This document shows, piece by piece, positions 28,325-37,779 of a DNA stretch of 64,000 bases (positions are counted from its first letter, which is position 1; each line of letters begins with the position of its first letter). The stretch covers positions 22,282 through 86,281 of the forward strand of contig CALWAL010000002.1 of the NCBI GenBank assembly GCA_944373145.1, written 5' to 3'. This DNA is from an uncultured Bacilli bacterium (lineage in GTDB: Bacteria; Bacillota_I; Bacilli_A; RF39; UBA660). Both the position numbers and the translations under genes were made by a program. A model generated the notes under the pieces. That model had not been told where the DNA came from and searched no databases. It saw nothing but the letters and a program-made list of their open reading frames with translations.

Positions 28325-29626
28325 TTAATAGTACTTTAGTATTATATCATATTTTTCAGTATTTTTTCTATCAAAATACGTTTTTTTTAAGCCTGGTAGC
28401 CAAATAATTTTATTTTCCTGATCAACCACCACCGGCCAACTTTTACGCTCATCTAAACCTATTTTTTCATCTGTAAAAATATCACTAATCTTTTTATGAC
28501 CTTTCATATTTTTAACAACCATTTTATCCCCAGGAAGATAATTTCTTACCTTAAGTGGCAAAATAATGTTTGATAAATCTAAATGGGTTGTAAAATTACT
28601 ATTATCATCACAATTATTAACTATTTCAATCACTTTGCCATTAGGTAAAGATAATTTGTCTTCTAAAAGTAATTCAAAATTTTTAAATTTTTCTTCTTTA
28701 ACTATTATAATATAATTATATGTTTTTATTAACCGATAATTATATGGTAAATTAATTGAAGTATTTGTTATAGCATTATTAATAAAATTTAAAATAATTT
28801 TTAAATGCTTTTTATTTATTTTATTAATTTTATTACCATAAATTGTAAATAAATACTTTTTAATAAGTTCATCTCTAATAAAAGGATCTAACTCATTTAA
28901 TTTTTCTAAATGTAATTTGTTGTCAATTACAATCTTATGATATAAATCATCGATAACTTTTTCAACATATTCATAATAAGACAATAAAGTTTCACTGTAT
29001 TCAAGAAACTTTAAATGAACTTTTTTTTGTTCCATTTTAAGAAATGGCAATAAATTCTTACGATACCTATTACGCGTATAAGCATCAGATTTATTAGTTA
29101 TATCTTCACGATAAGGTATTTCTTTTGCTTTAGCATAACGATAAATATCTTCTTTTGAAAGATATAACAAAGGCCTCATAATTCTATACTTATCTCTTTG
29201 ACTAATAAGTTCAATCCCACTATAACCTTTAATGGTTGAACCTCGCACAATTTTCATAATTACAGTTTCAATTAAATCATCACCATGATGTGCTGTTAAC
29301 AAAATATTAGCTTGATATTTTTCAATCAACTCCTCATAAAAATTATAACGCATCTGCCGCGCAATTTCTTCACTAAACTTACTCTCATATTCTAACTTTT
29401 TAAATTCAAAAATAATGTCATTTTTTGCACAATAATCTCTAACAAATTCTTGTTCTTCATCACTTTCTTTTCGAAGATTATGGTGGACATGAGCACAAAT
29501 AACTTGCTTTGGAAATAAACCGTTTAAAATTGACAATAGCACCATTGAATCTACTCCACCAGATACACCAACTATCATCTTATCTTTATGAATATTTTGT
29601 TTTAAAAAACTATACACGTCATCCAT
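28325..29626 (-). CDS. tilS: tRNA(Ile)-lysidine synthetase TilS
   Basis: PP-loop IVGVSGGVDSMVLL and canonical placement immediately upstream of ftsH. Confidence 0.9.
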   Translation of the reverse strand: MDDVYSFLKQNIHKDKMIVGVSGGVDSMVLLSILNGLFPKQVICAHVHHNLRKESDEEQEFVRDYCAKNDIIFEFKKLEYESKFSEEIARQMRYNFYEELIEKYQANILLTAHHGDDLIETVIMKIVRGSTIKGYSGIELISQRDKYRIMRPLLYLSKEDIYRYAKAKEIPYREDITNKSDAYTRNRYRKNLLPFLKMEQKKVHLKFLEYSETLLSYYEYVEKVIDDLYHKIVIDNKLHLEKLNELDPFIRDELIKKYLFTIYGNKINKINKKHLKIILNFINNAITNTSINLPYNYRLIKTYNYIIIVKEEKFKNFELLLEDKLSLPNGKVIEIVNNCDDNSNFTTHLDLSNIILPLKVRNYLPGDKMVVKNMKGHKKISDIFTDEKIGLDERKSWPVVVDQENKIIWLPGLKKTYFDRKNTEKYDIILKYY

Positions 29627-29702
29627 AGAACCACCAATGTTATTGTAATATAAAAAGTCTTATAATACAATAGATAAAAACTTTTTTAATATTATTTTAT
29701 AA

Positions 29703-29731
29703 TTAAAAAATAGACTAAAACAGTCTATTTT
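29703..29731 (-). terminator. terminator overlapping the stop of the Big_2 protein gene
   Basis: The reverse strand reads AAATAGACTGTTTTAGTCTATTTttttaatt. Confidence 0.45.
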
Positions 29732-31077
29732 GCACGTGTTACATTTTGCTTATTTCCTAAGTATAAAATTGATAATTGATCACCTAACATTTTATGTTGA
29801 TTTATTGATATTTCAAAACGATTTCGACGATTTTGACGTACAGAAATAGGTGAACTAATTACGGTAACATCCTTTGTAACATCAACACCATTTTTATAAA
29901 TAACTATATAGTATCCTGTAATTTCGTTGCGTTTGACAATTTCACGTTCCTGAAAAACATAACTATCTTTAACTATTAAGTGATAAGTTGCTATTTTACC
30001 ATTAGTTGTTGCTGCAGAAATGGTTGCATCCCCTTCTCCTTTTATTGAAACAACACCATTATTAACAGTCGCTACAGCTAAATTACTGCTACTCCAAGAT
30101 AAAGTAGAATTTGTTGCAGTTTCGGGTTTAACTGTTGCTGTTAAAGTAAAACTTTTATCATCTGTTGTAAAAGTACCAGTTTTACTATCTAAAGTTACAG
30201 AAACAACTTCAATAGCTTGATCTGTAACAACGACATTAATTTCTGAAACCTTTTCACCATCCGCTGTTGTTGCCTTAACTGTTGTTGAACCAGCACCAAC
30301 CGCTGTAATAACCCCACTACTATTTACTTTTGCAATACTAGTATTAATACTAGTCCAATTAACTTTTTTATTTGTCGCATTAGCTGGTTTAACAGTAGGT
30401 GTTATTTTAGTTGTAGTTCCTTTTACCAAATTAACTTTAGTTTTATCAACACTTAAGCCAATGACACTAACTTTATTATTCTGATTTTCTGGTAAATTTT
30501 TATCATTTTTACTAACAACCGCTACTGTAACAGTTTTAAAACCTACATTTCCAGCTATATCGGTTGCTTCAACTTCAACTTCATACTCACCTAATGTTGA
30601 AACATCAATTTTATCCTCACCTTCAGTTTTAATACTCATAACTCCAGAAAGATTATCTTCAACAACAAAATAATCACTTAAATCAAACTCACTATTTAAT
30701 GCCGTATATATTTTATCTTCAGATTTAATACTTGGCAATTCCTTATCAACATTGGAAATACGAAAAGGAATATGAACTGATTCTTTTCCTTTACTTTTAA
30801 GAACAACATTTAGTTTTTTATTTTCTTTAACCGTATAAACATTTTCTTTTTGCCATGTTCGACCGCCGTCGAAAGAGTATTCACTAACTTTGATATCTCC
30901 AGCATAGGCCACAGTTACTTTTACATCACCATTAGTCCAGTATTCTTTATCAACAGTAATATCTATATCATTTAAATCAAAATTAACATAATTAGCATCA
31001 TACATTTGATAAAAAAGAAAAATGCTAACAACAGTAATTACCAAAAAAGCACTTCCGTATATAATATTATTTTTCAT
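29725..31077 (-). CDS. membrane-anchored surface protein with two Big_2 (bacterial Ig-like) domains
   Basis: N-terminal TM anchor. Two ~80-aa Big_2 repeats (…ATNKKVNWTSINTSIAKVNSSGVITAVGAGSTTVKATTADGEKVSEINVVV… and …TNSTLSWSSSNLAVATVNNGVVSIKGEGDATISAATTNGK…). Then a C-terminal ~80-aa domain. Confidence 0.6.
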   Translation of the reverse strand: MKNNIIYGSAFLVITVVSIFLFYQMYDANYVNFDLNDIDITVDKEYWTNGDVKVTVAYAGDIKVSEYSFDGGRTWQKENVYTVKENKKLNVVLKSKGKESVHIPFRISNVDKELPSIKSEDKIYTALNSEFDLSDYFVVEDNLSGVMSIKTEGEDKIDVSTLGEYEVEVEATDIAGNVGFKTVTVAVVSKNDKNLPENQNNKVSVIGLSVDKTKVNLVKGTTTKITPTVKPANATNKKVNWTSINTSIAKVNSSGVITAVGAGSTTVKATTADGEKVSEINVVVTDQAIEVVSVTLDSKTGTFTTDDKSFTLTATVKPETATNSTLSWSSSNLAVATVNNGVVSIKGEGDATISAATTNGKIATYHLIVKDSYVFQEREIVKRNEITGYYIVIYKNGVDVTKDVTVISSPISVRQNRRNRFEISINQHKMLGDQLSILYLGNKQNVTRAK

Positions 31078-31155
31078 AGCCTCACCCTATTTTACTATGA
31101 ACATAATAACATAAAGAACTATTAAAGTCAACGAAACAAATGGTTCTTAATTTTA

Positions 31156-31806
31156 TTACCAATTAATTTTATCTTGATGATTATTTTCTAATATATTATT
31201 AATTTTACTGAACGGGTTGCTACCAAAAAAACCTCGATTAGCTGACAAAGGTGATGGATGAACCGATTCAATTATGTAATGTTGTTTATTAGTTATATAC
31301 TCTTTTTTACTACGTGCATAACTTCCCCATAAAAGGAAAATAACAGGTTTTTCACGATTATTTAATGCTTTAATTATTGCATCTGTAAAATTTTCCCACC
31401 CCTTATCTTTGTGTGACAATGGTCGATCTTCCACAACTGTCATAATAGAATTAAGTAACAAAACGCCTTGTTTTGCCCAATCTGTTAAATCACTAGCTTC
31501 TCTTTTGATACCTAAATCATTTTCTAATTCTTTAAAAATGTTTTGTAGTGATGGCGGCTTTCTCACTCCTTCTTTAACCGAAAATGATAAACCATGCGCT
31601 TCTCCTAAACCATGATAAGGATCTTGCCCTAAAACAACAACCTTAACCTCATCATAATCAGTAAATCTTAAGGCATCAAAAATGTTTTCATATGGTGGAA
31701 AGCATCTTTTTGTTCGATATTCATTTTTAATAAAAACACCTAATTTTTTAAAATAATCTTTAGACATTTCATCTTTAAGAATAACATCCCAATTTTTATT
31801 TATCAT
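31156..31806 (-). CDS. ung: uracil-DNA glycosylase, family 1 (Ung)
   Basis: Water-activating loop VVVLGQDPYHGLGEAHGLSFSV and C-terminal HPSPLSANRGFFG. Confidence 0.9.
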   Translation of the reverse strand: MINKNWDVILKDEMSKDYFKKLGVFIKNEYRTKRCFPPYENIFDALRFTDYDEVKVVVLGQDPYHGLGEAHGLSFSVKEGVRKPPSLQNIFKELENDLGIKREASDLTDWAKQGVLLLNSIMTVVEDRPLSHKDKGWENFTDAIIKALNNREKPVIFLLWGSYARSKKEYITNKQHYIIESVHPSPLSANRGFFGSNPFSKINNILENNHQDKINW

Positions 31807-32647
31807 ACATACCTCTATCTACTAAAGCATTGCTTAATTGAGCAAATTGCTCAATACTAAGAGCTTCAGCTCTAACATTCAAATCTAATCCCATTTTATT
31901 CAACTCTGTTTCTAAAATATTTAAGTCATATTTTTTTAAATTATTTCTTAAATTTTTTCTTTTTTGCGTAAAAGATGTGTGCACTAATTCGAAGAAATGA
32001 ACCTCATCGTTTACTTTGACTTTATCTTTTCGTTTAGTAAAACTTACAATTATACTATCAACATTAGGTTTAGGAATAAAAATATTACGACTTATATCCA
32101 TCAGTTTAACTACATGGTAATAATAATTTAAATAAATCGATAAAGAATTATAATCTTTAGAATTAGGTTGAGCTTTAAAACGATTACCTACTTCTTTTTG
32201 AACCATAACTACAATTTTATCAACTGGAAGCTGATCTTCAATTATTTTCATAATAATTGGTGTTGTTATATAATATGGTAAATTTGCTACTACATATAAT
32301 TGTTCAAATTGATATTTTTTTAAATCATCTTTAACATTAGATTTTAGAAAATCATTAAAAATAATATCAACATTATCCACTCCTAATAAATTTTCATTTA
32401 AAATATTTTTTAAACTTGTATCAATTTCATAACACAAAACATTTTGACATGCGCAAGCCAATTTATACGTTAAAGACCCAGCTCCAGGTCCTATCTCAAT
32501 AACCATAATATTTTTATTTAACTCAGCTTTATTAATAATATTATTAATAATGTTTTCATCAACAATAAAATTTTGACCATACTGCTTTTTTAAATGAAAA
32601 GCATTTTTATCTAACAAATCTTGCATCTTTTTAGGAGAATATTCCAT
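31796..32647 (-). CDS. rsmA: 16S rRNA (A1518/A1519-N6)-dimethyltransferase RsmA/KsgA
   Basis: KKQYGQNFIVDENII, the SAM motif EIGPGAGSLT, and NLPYYITTPII (NLPY). Confidence 0.9.
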   Translation of the reverse strand: MEYSPKKMQDLLDKNAFHLKKQYGQNFIVDENIINNIINKAELNKNIMVIEIGPGAGSLTYKLACACQNVLCYEIDTSLKNILNENLLGVDNVDIIFNDFLKSNVKDDLKKYQFEQLYVVANLPYYITTPIIMKIIEDQLPVDKIVVMVQKEVGNRFKAQPNSKDYNSLSIYLNYYYHVVKLMDISRNIFIPKPNVDSIIVSFTKRKDKVKVNDEVHFFELVHTSFTQKRKNLRNNLKKYDLNILETELNKMGLDLNVRAEALSIEQFAQLSNALVDRGMYDK

Positions 32648-32685
32648 AAAATCACCAATCTAATTATAACAAAAAAAGATAGGTC

Positions 32686-33399
32686 TTACCATCCCCATCT
32701 TTGAACTGTAAATTTTGTATTTTTTGAACCCGTGTTAGTGCCTTTAGAATCTCCTTGATATTTAAAAGCTAAATCCATCCATATATACCCTTGTGCATAT
32801 TGCTGACGCATTGTACCTCCGGTATCCATTACTACAGCCATAAATGGATCAATTTTTCCATTATCAATTTCAATCATTGTTCCACACGGGAAACCACCCA
32901 AATCGGCCGCTATAATTCTTACTTTTCCATATTCATCATCAGAATAATAGATACCATCTTTAAATAAACTCCAACGTTTTCCATCTTTAGTTCGGCATGC
33001 AACAGTTGCTGTCTTTGAACAACCATAACAATCCCCTCCATAAGTCGTTAAACGACCTTGATAAATACCAGCGCGCCCTGTACCAACTTCAATAACTTGG
33101 GTAGTAGCATCTTTTAAAATTTTAGTCTCGCCATTTTCATAAGTATAACTTAAACCATCTACGCCGGGCACTAAAATTTCACGTTTAGCGGTGCTTGCCT
33201 TTTTAGGATTATAAACATATTCTGTTTCATAAGGAATTATTTTATTTACTACTGACACAGGATCAGTATAACTTGTATTTTCAATATTTGTTGTTACTTC
33301 TTGATAATTATTTACACCAAAAAGAGATAATAATGACACAAATAATACTGATATCCAATTACCAACTAATTTGAGTAAATATATATCCATATACTTCAC
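32686..33399 (-). CDS. YabE-like cell-wall protein with G5 and 3D (MltA-like) domains
   Basis: N-terminal TM. A G5-like segment (…KREILVPGVDGLSYTYENGETKILKDATTQVIEVGTG…). The 3D-domain signature …IIAADLGGFPCGTMIEIDNGKIDPFMAVVMDTGG…. Synteny yabD-yabE-ksgA as in B. subtilis. Confidence 0.65.
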   Translation of the reverse strand: MKYMDIYLLKLVGNWISVLFVSLLSLFGVNNYQEVTTNIENTSYTDPVSVVNKIIPYETEYVYNPKKASTAKREILVPGVDGLSYTYENGETKILKDATTQVIEVGTGRAGIYQGRLTTYGGDCYGCSKTATVACRTKDGKRWSLFKDGIYYSDDEYGKVRIIAADLGGFPCGTMIEIDNGKIDPFMAVVMDTGGTMRQQYAQGYIWMDLAFKYQGDSKGTNTGSKNTKFTVQRWGW

Positions 33400-33432
33400 C
33401 TCATAGAGTCTTTTTCAATCAATAAAATTTTA

Positions 33433-34182
33433 TCACAAAGATATGGGCAAGTCAAATTGTTCAATAGCGTTTTCACCCGTTTTAGCAATAACCATATCAA
33501 CCGAAATGCCTTTAATTTCTGCAATCTTTTGAGCTACATATAAAGTATTAGCCGGCTCATTTTGCTTACCACGATATGGTTCAGGTGTTAAATAAGGACT
33601 ATCCGTTTCTAATAATAAATATTCTAAATCAATTTGTTCAACAACTCTTTTCAATTTAGCGCTATTTTTAAATGTTACAACTCCACCTATACCTAAACGA
33701 ATATTTTTTTTGACCAATTCTTGAGCTATTTCTAAACTGGAACTATAGCAGTGAAAAACAAATTTAACCTCAGGATATTTGGATACAATCTCTAAAGTGT
33801 CTTCAATTGCATCACGGCTATGTACTACAACCGTTTTATGATACTTACGCGCCAATTCAATTTGATTAATAAACAATTGTTTCTGTTCTTTTTTATGTTC
33901 CTTGTCCCAATGATAATCAAGCCCTACCTCACCAATACCAACAATCTTAGGATGTGTTAAATTATTCTCAATAATTTTATAACTATTTTTTTTCATTACA
34001 TATTCTGGATGAATACCTAAAACTCCATAAACGTTTTCATATTTGTTAATAAGCTCCAATACTTCGAGATTAGTCTTATCATCACAACCTGCAACAATCA
34101 TTACACCTTTCATTCTTTTTACTATTTCATCAACATTTTCATAATCACTATTACTTAAATGACAATGAGTATCAATTAACAT
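33433..34182 (-). CDS. tatD: TatD-family metal-dependent hydrolase
   Basis: MLIDTHCHL, GLDYHW, HSRDA and ETDSPYL. Confidence 0.9.
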   Translation of the reverse strand: MLIDTHCHLSNSDYENVDEIVKRMKGVMIVAGCDDKTNLEVLELINKYENVYGVLGIHPEYVMKKNSYKIIENNLTHPKIVGIGEVGLDYHWDKEHKKEQKQLFINQIELARKYHKTVVVHSRDAIEDTLEIVSKYPEVKFVFHCYSSSLEIAQELVKKNIRLGIGGVVTFKNSAKLKRVVEQIDLEYLLLETDSPYLTPEPYRGKQNEPANTLYVAQKIAEIKGISVDMVIAKTGENAIEQFDLPISL

Positions 34183-34219
34183 AATATCACCTAAAAAAAT
34201 TATACCATAAAGTATAATT

Positions 34220-34387
34220 TTATTTTAATTTTTTTAAACTTATGTAACGAAACAAAAATACCAATACCGCAACAAAATAAATTAATTCTATGTAATTATT
34301 ACTAACAACAAAACTACTAAACAAAAATCCTAAAATAATACAAAAAATTGATATTACTCTAGGAGATAATTTTTCCTCTGTCGTCAT
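34220..34387 (-). CDS. possible small membrane protein (55 aa), not in ORF track
   Basis: Reverse-strand ORF MTTEEKLSPRVISIFCIILGFLFSSFVVSNNYIELIYFVAVLVFLFRYISLKKLK with two hydrophobic helices. It lies in the 300-bp gap between ybaK-like and tatD, with an RBS-like GAGGAG upstream. Confidence 0.2.
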   Translation of the reverse strand: MTTEEKLSPRVISIFCIILGFLFSSFVVSNNYIELIYFVAVLVFLFRYISLKKLK

Positions 34388-34484
34388 ATATTTTTCTCCT
34401 CACGAAAAATAGTATATCATATAGATTTATATTTTTAGTTATTATTTTATCGACAAATTAAGCCATTTTACGCTTTTTTACAAT

Positions 34485-34949
34485 TTAATCCTTACAAACA
34501 TCAACCCAACTTTTATAATTAGATGCCTGTTCTATTTCTTTCAATGTTAATTTAACTGCGCTATTAGAGCTACCACAAGCTGGGTACATTATATTTAAAT
34601 TTTTTAATGATACGTCTAAATAAACAATAACATCATCATTTATGCCAAAAGGACATACTCCTCCGACAGCGTGACCAATTAATTTTTCTACTTCTGCAAA
34701 AGGAATCATTTTAGCTTTTGTATGAAACTGCTCTTTATACTTACTATTATCAATTTTAGAATTACCAGAAACTGCTATAATAATTGGTTGATTATTAATA
34801 ATAAATGATAAAGTTTTAACAATATTTTCTTCATTGCAATTAATAGCGCGTGCTGCTTCTGAAACCGTAGCAGATGAAATTTCAAATTTCATTACTCTAT
34901 CCTCTAAATGATATTTTTTTAAGTGATTTAAAGCTCTTTCAAATGACAT
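34485..34949 (-). CDS. YbaK/ProX-type aminoacyl-tRNA deacylase
   Basis: 154 aa with …IGHAVGGVCPFG… typical of YbaK/ProX editing domains. Confidence 0.65.
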   Translation of the reverse strand: MSFERALNHLKKYHLEDRVMKFEISSATVSEAARAINCNEENIVKTLSFIINNQPIIIAVSGNSKIDNSKYKEQFHTKAKMIPFAEVEKLIGHAVGGVCPFGINDDVIVYLDVSLKNLNIMYPACGSSNSAVKLTLKEIEQASNYKSWVDVCKD

Positions 34950-34974
34950 AAATATCCTCCTATTAGAAAAAGAG

Positions 34975-36531
34975 TTATTTCTCTAATTCTTTTAAAAATT
35001 TATCTTTATCAATACGCACAAATAAAGGTTCTGGATTATTTAATTTAATTCCTGGATCAAATCCTTTGAAATCTTTAATCGAATCGATAGAACAGTTACC
35101 TGTGTTTAATTGGGCAAAAATTTTATCAGCTGTCTCTGGTAAGAAAGCAGATAATAAAACCGTACCAATCCGAATTGCTTCTAATAAATTATACATAACG
35201 GTCTTTAATCTTTCTATATTTCCTTCTTTAGATAAGATCCAAGGCATTGTTTCATCAATATACTTATTACTGCGACGATATATCTCAAAAATATGATCAA
35301 TAGCTTCAGCAACCTTTAAGTTATTCATGCTATTTTCTACCTTTTCCGGTATTGATAAAACCGTACTAATAAATTCATCGTCTATAGCTTCTTTTAAGCC
35401 AATCTCTGGCACAAATCCGTCAAAATATTTATTAACCATAGAAATAGTACGATTAACTAAATTACCTAATATATTAGCCAAATCAGAATTATATCTCTCA
35501 ATAATTAATTCATGAGTAAAAGTTCCATCATTAGCAAAAGGCATTTCATGTAATAAATAATATCTAACTGCATCTACCCCATATGTTTTAACCAATTCAT
35601 CAGCATAAACAATATTTCCTTTTGACTTACTCATTTTATCATTACCAAATAATAACCAAGGGTGTCCAAATACTTTTTTTGGCAATGGCAAATCTAAAGC
35701 CATTAACATTATAGGCCAATAGATAGTATGAAATCTTAAAATATCTTTACCAATTATATGAACATCAGCCGGCCAATACTTTAAAAATTTATCATCATGA
35801 TAACCATCTACATCATATCCTAAAAAGGTAATATAATTACTCAATGCATCAATCCATACATATATAACATGCTTATCATCAAAAGTTACAGGGACTCCCC
35901 ATTTAAATGATGTTCTTGAAACACATAAATCTTGTAATCCAGGTTTTAGAAAATTATTAAGCATTTCGTTTTTCCGGCTTTCAGGTTCAATAAATTCAGG
36001 ATGTTCTTCAATATGTTTAATTAAGCGGTCTGTATATTTATCTAATTTAAAGAAATAAGCTTCTTCTTTGGCTTTTGACACTTCACGTCCGCAGTCAGGA
36101 CATTTACCATCAATTAATTGAGATTCCGTAAAAAATGACTCACATGGAGTACAATATAAACCTTCATATTCTCCTTTATAAATATCTCCCTGGTCATATA
36201 ATTTCTTAAATATTTTTGCTACAGTCTGTTTATGCATAGGATTACTTGTTCTTACAAACTTATCATAACTCGTATTTAAAGAATCCCATACTCTTTGAAC
36301 TTCCAAAGCTACTTCATCAACAAATTCCTGTGGGTCTTTTCCAGCGACACGAGCCTTTTCTTCAATTTTTTGACCATGCTCATCTGTTCCCGTTTGAAAA
36401 TAAACATCATAGCCTGTCAATCTTTTATAACGAGCAATAGCATCAGTTAAAACAACCTCATAAGTATTTCCAATATGTGGCTTACCTGATGTATATGCTA
36501 TAGCAGTTGTAATATAATATTTTTCTTTCAT
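34975..36531 (-). CDS. metG: methionyl-tRNA synthetase (short form, no C-terminal tRNA-binding domain)
   Basis: The HIGH motif is AYTSGKPHIGNTYE. The zinc knuckle is CTPCESF...CPDCGRE. The KMSKS motif is present. Confidence 0.9.
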   Translation of the reverse strand: MKEKYYITTAIAYTSGKPHIGNTYEVVLTDAIARYKRLTGYDVYFQTGTDEHGQKIEEKARVAGKDPQEFVDEVALEVQRVWDSLNTSYDKFVRTSNPMHKQTVAKIFKKLYDQGDIYKGEYEGLYCTPCESFFTESQLIDGKCPDCGREVSKAKEEAYFFKLDKYTDRLIKHIEEHPEFIEPESRKNEMLNNFLKPGLQDLCVSRTSFKWGVPVTFDDKHVIYVWIDALSNYITFLGYDVDGYHDDKFLKYWPADVHIIGKDILRFHTIYWPIMLMALDLPLPKKVFGHPWLLFGNDKMSKSKGNIVYADELVKTYGVDAVRYYLLHEMPFANDGTFTHELIIERYNSDLANILGNLVNRTISMVNKYFDGFVPEIGLKEAIDDEFISTVLSIPEKVENSMNNLKVAEAIDHIFEIYRRSNKYIDETMPWILSKEGNIERLKTVMYNLLEAIRIGTVLLSAFLPETADKIFAQLNTGNCSIDSIKDFKGFDPGIKLNNPEPLFVRIDKDKFLKELEK

Positions 36532-37023
36532 TTACTTTTCATCTCCCTTGTTAGTACTGCCAAAACCTCCAGTACGCTCTTTACTTATTTTTATTTCATC
36601 GTCTACAGTTAAAAATTTAACAAAAATACCTTGACCAATACGATCTCCTATTTTTACAACAAAATCTTCATCACCATGATTTTGTAAGCTTATAAAAGCA
36701 TGCCCTTCATTAGTTATATTATTATAATAATCACTTTCAAAAATACCGACTTGATTTGTCATTCGGACATTATATTTAAACCCCATACTTCCTCTTACAA
36801 CGAGCATCAACATTTCATCTTCATTCATTAAAAATTTAACACCTGTAGGAATTTTTTTTATTTCACCAGGATGTAAAACAAAAGCAATAGGACTTCTAAA
36901 ATCATATCCGGCGCTATATTTTGTTTCACGTCTCGGTAATTCATGATTACAATATGCTTCATAATCATCATTAATATCTTTTTTCCACTGTTCAAAACTT
37001 ATTTTTTCAAAAAATCTTGCCAT
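36532..37023 (-). CDS. dut: dUTP diphosphatase (Dut)
   Basis: Motif 1 SAGYDFRS, motif 3 GIFESDYYN, motif 5 RTGGFGSTN. Its stop abuts the metG start (36531/36532), so the two form an operon. Confidence 0.8.
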   Translation of the reverse strand: MARFFEKISFEQWKKDINDDYEAYCNHELPRRETKYSAGYDFRSPIAFVLHPGEIKKIPTGVKFLMNEDEMLMLVVRGSMGFKYNVRMTNQVGIFESDYYNNITNEGHAFISLQNHGDEDFVVKIGDRIGQGIFVKFLTVDDEIKISKERTGGFGSTNKGDEK

Positions 37024-37245
37024 TCTATCACTCCAATAAAAAAATCACATCCGATAAGGACGTGATTGACGTGGTACCACCTTAATTTACTATAATATAG
37101 CCTCTAAACTATAACGCGTTACCGTTTTATCATTTCCTATAAAAAGCTCCAGAACCATTCGAAATAATTTCAATTTACTTGCTTTCACCTAACCAAGCTC
37201 TCTTTTAAATCTTCCTTATTCTTCTTTCCTTCATCGCTATAAGTG
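37024..37245 (-). promoter_or_regulatory. T-box riboswitch leader (methionine-specific) with intrinsic terminator, controlling dut-metG
   Basis: The reverse strand carries the conserved T-box sequence AAATTAAGGTGGTACCACG, then terminator ATCACGTCC-TTAT-GGATGTGAT + TTTTTTT, ending 14 nt before the dut RBS. An AUG-containing GAAUGG lies in the putative specifier region. Confidence 0.7.
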
Positions 37246-37250
37246 TTTAC

Positions 37251-37279
37251 ATTATAACATAATTACAATTGCTCTTCAA
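37251..37279 (-). promoter_or_regulatory. sigma-A-type promoter of the T-box-dut-metG operon
   Basis: The reverse strand reads TTGAAG-17 nt-TATAAT. The -35 element overlaps the 3' end of the abrB-like gene. Confidence 0.45.
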
Positions 37280-37670
37280 GATATTTTTGAAAAATTAAAA
37301 TAATAAATTTAATAATTTGTTTTTCTTGCAAATTATTTCCATAAACAATAAAATCGCCTACTTTTTTATTATCATATACAATTGGAAATATATTTTCATT
37401 TATTTGACTTTTTTTACTATTAAATAATATACCATTTTCATCCCTTATGGTTGCTTCAATTTGATACTCTTCATATAAAATAGGTAAAATAATTTGTGCT
37501 AACCAAACTATATTTTGCAACGAAGAAGTTTTCTTTATTTCTAAATGATCTTTTTCTACAACTATTTCTAAATTATCGCGAGGCTGAATATTCAATTTTT
37601 TTCTTATATCAATCGGTAGTACCAAACGACCTAAATCATCTATTTTTCTTATCACAGTTGATTTTGACAT
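37263..37670 (-). CDS. AbrB/SpoVT-family transition-state regulator (135 aa)
   Basis: N-terminal swapped-hairpin domain MSKSTVIRKIDDLGRLVLPIDIRKKLNIQPRDNLEIVVEKDHLEIKK (the AbrB-N signature). It sits next to metG as abrB does next to metS in B. subtilis. The C-terminal ~80 aa are longer than AbrB and shorter than SpoVT. Confidence 0.7.
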   Translation of the reverse strand: MSKSTVIRKIDDLGRLVLPIDIRKKLNIQPRDNLEIVVEKDHLEIKKTSSLQNIVWLAQIILPILYEEYQIEATIRDENGILFNSKKSQINENIFPIVYDNKKVGDFIVYGNNLQEKQIIKFIILIFQKYLEEQL

Positions 37671-37717
37671 TTACTAACCTCCTAAAAATAGTTTGTTAAT
37701 ATTTTTTTTATTTATAC

Positions 37718-37747
37718 TTGGAAAATATTTTAATTATGTGATATAAT
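37718..37747 (+). promoter_or_regulatory. extended -10 promoter for the CBS-PPase gene
   Basis: TTGGAA, an 18-nt spacer, then TGaTATAAT. The RBS AAAGGAG is 7 nt before ATG 37780. Confidence 0.4.
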
Positions 37748-37779
37748 CTTATAACGATTTCTTTGAAAGGAGTATTAAT

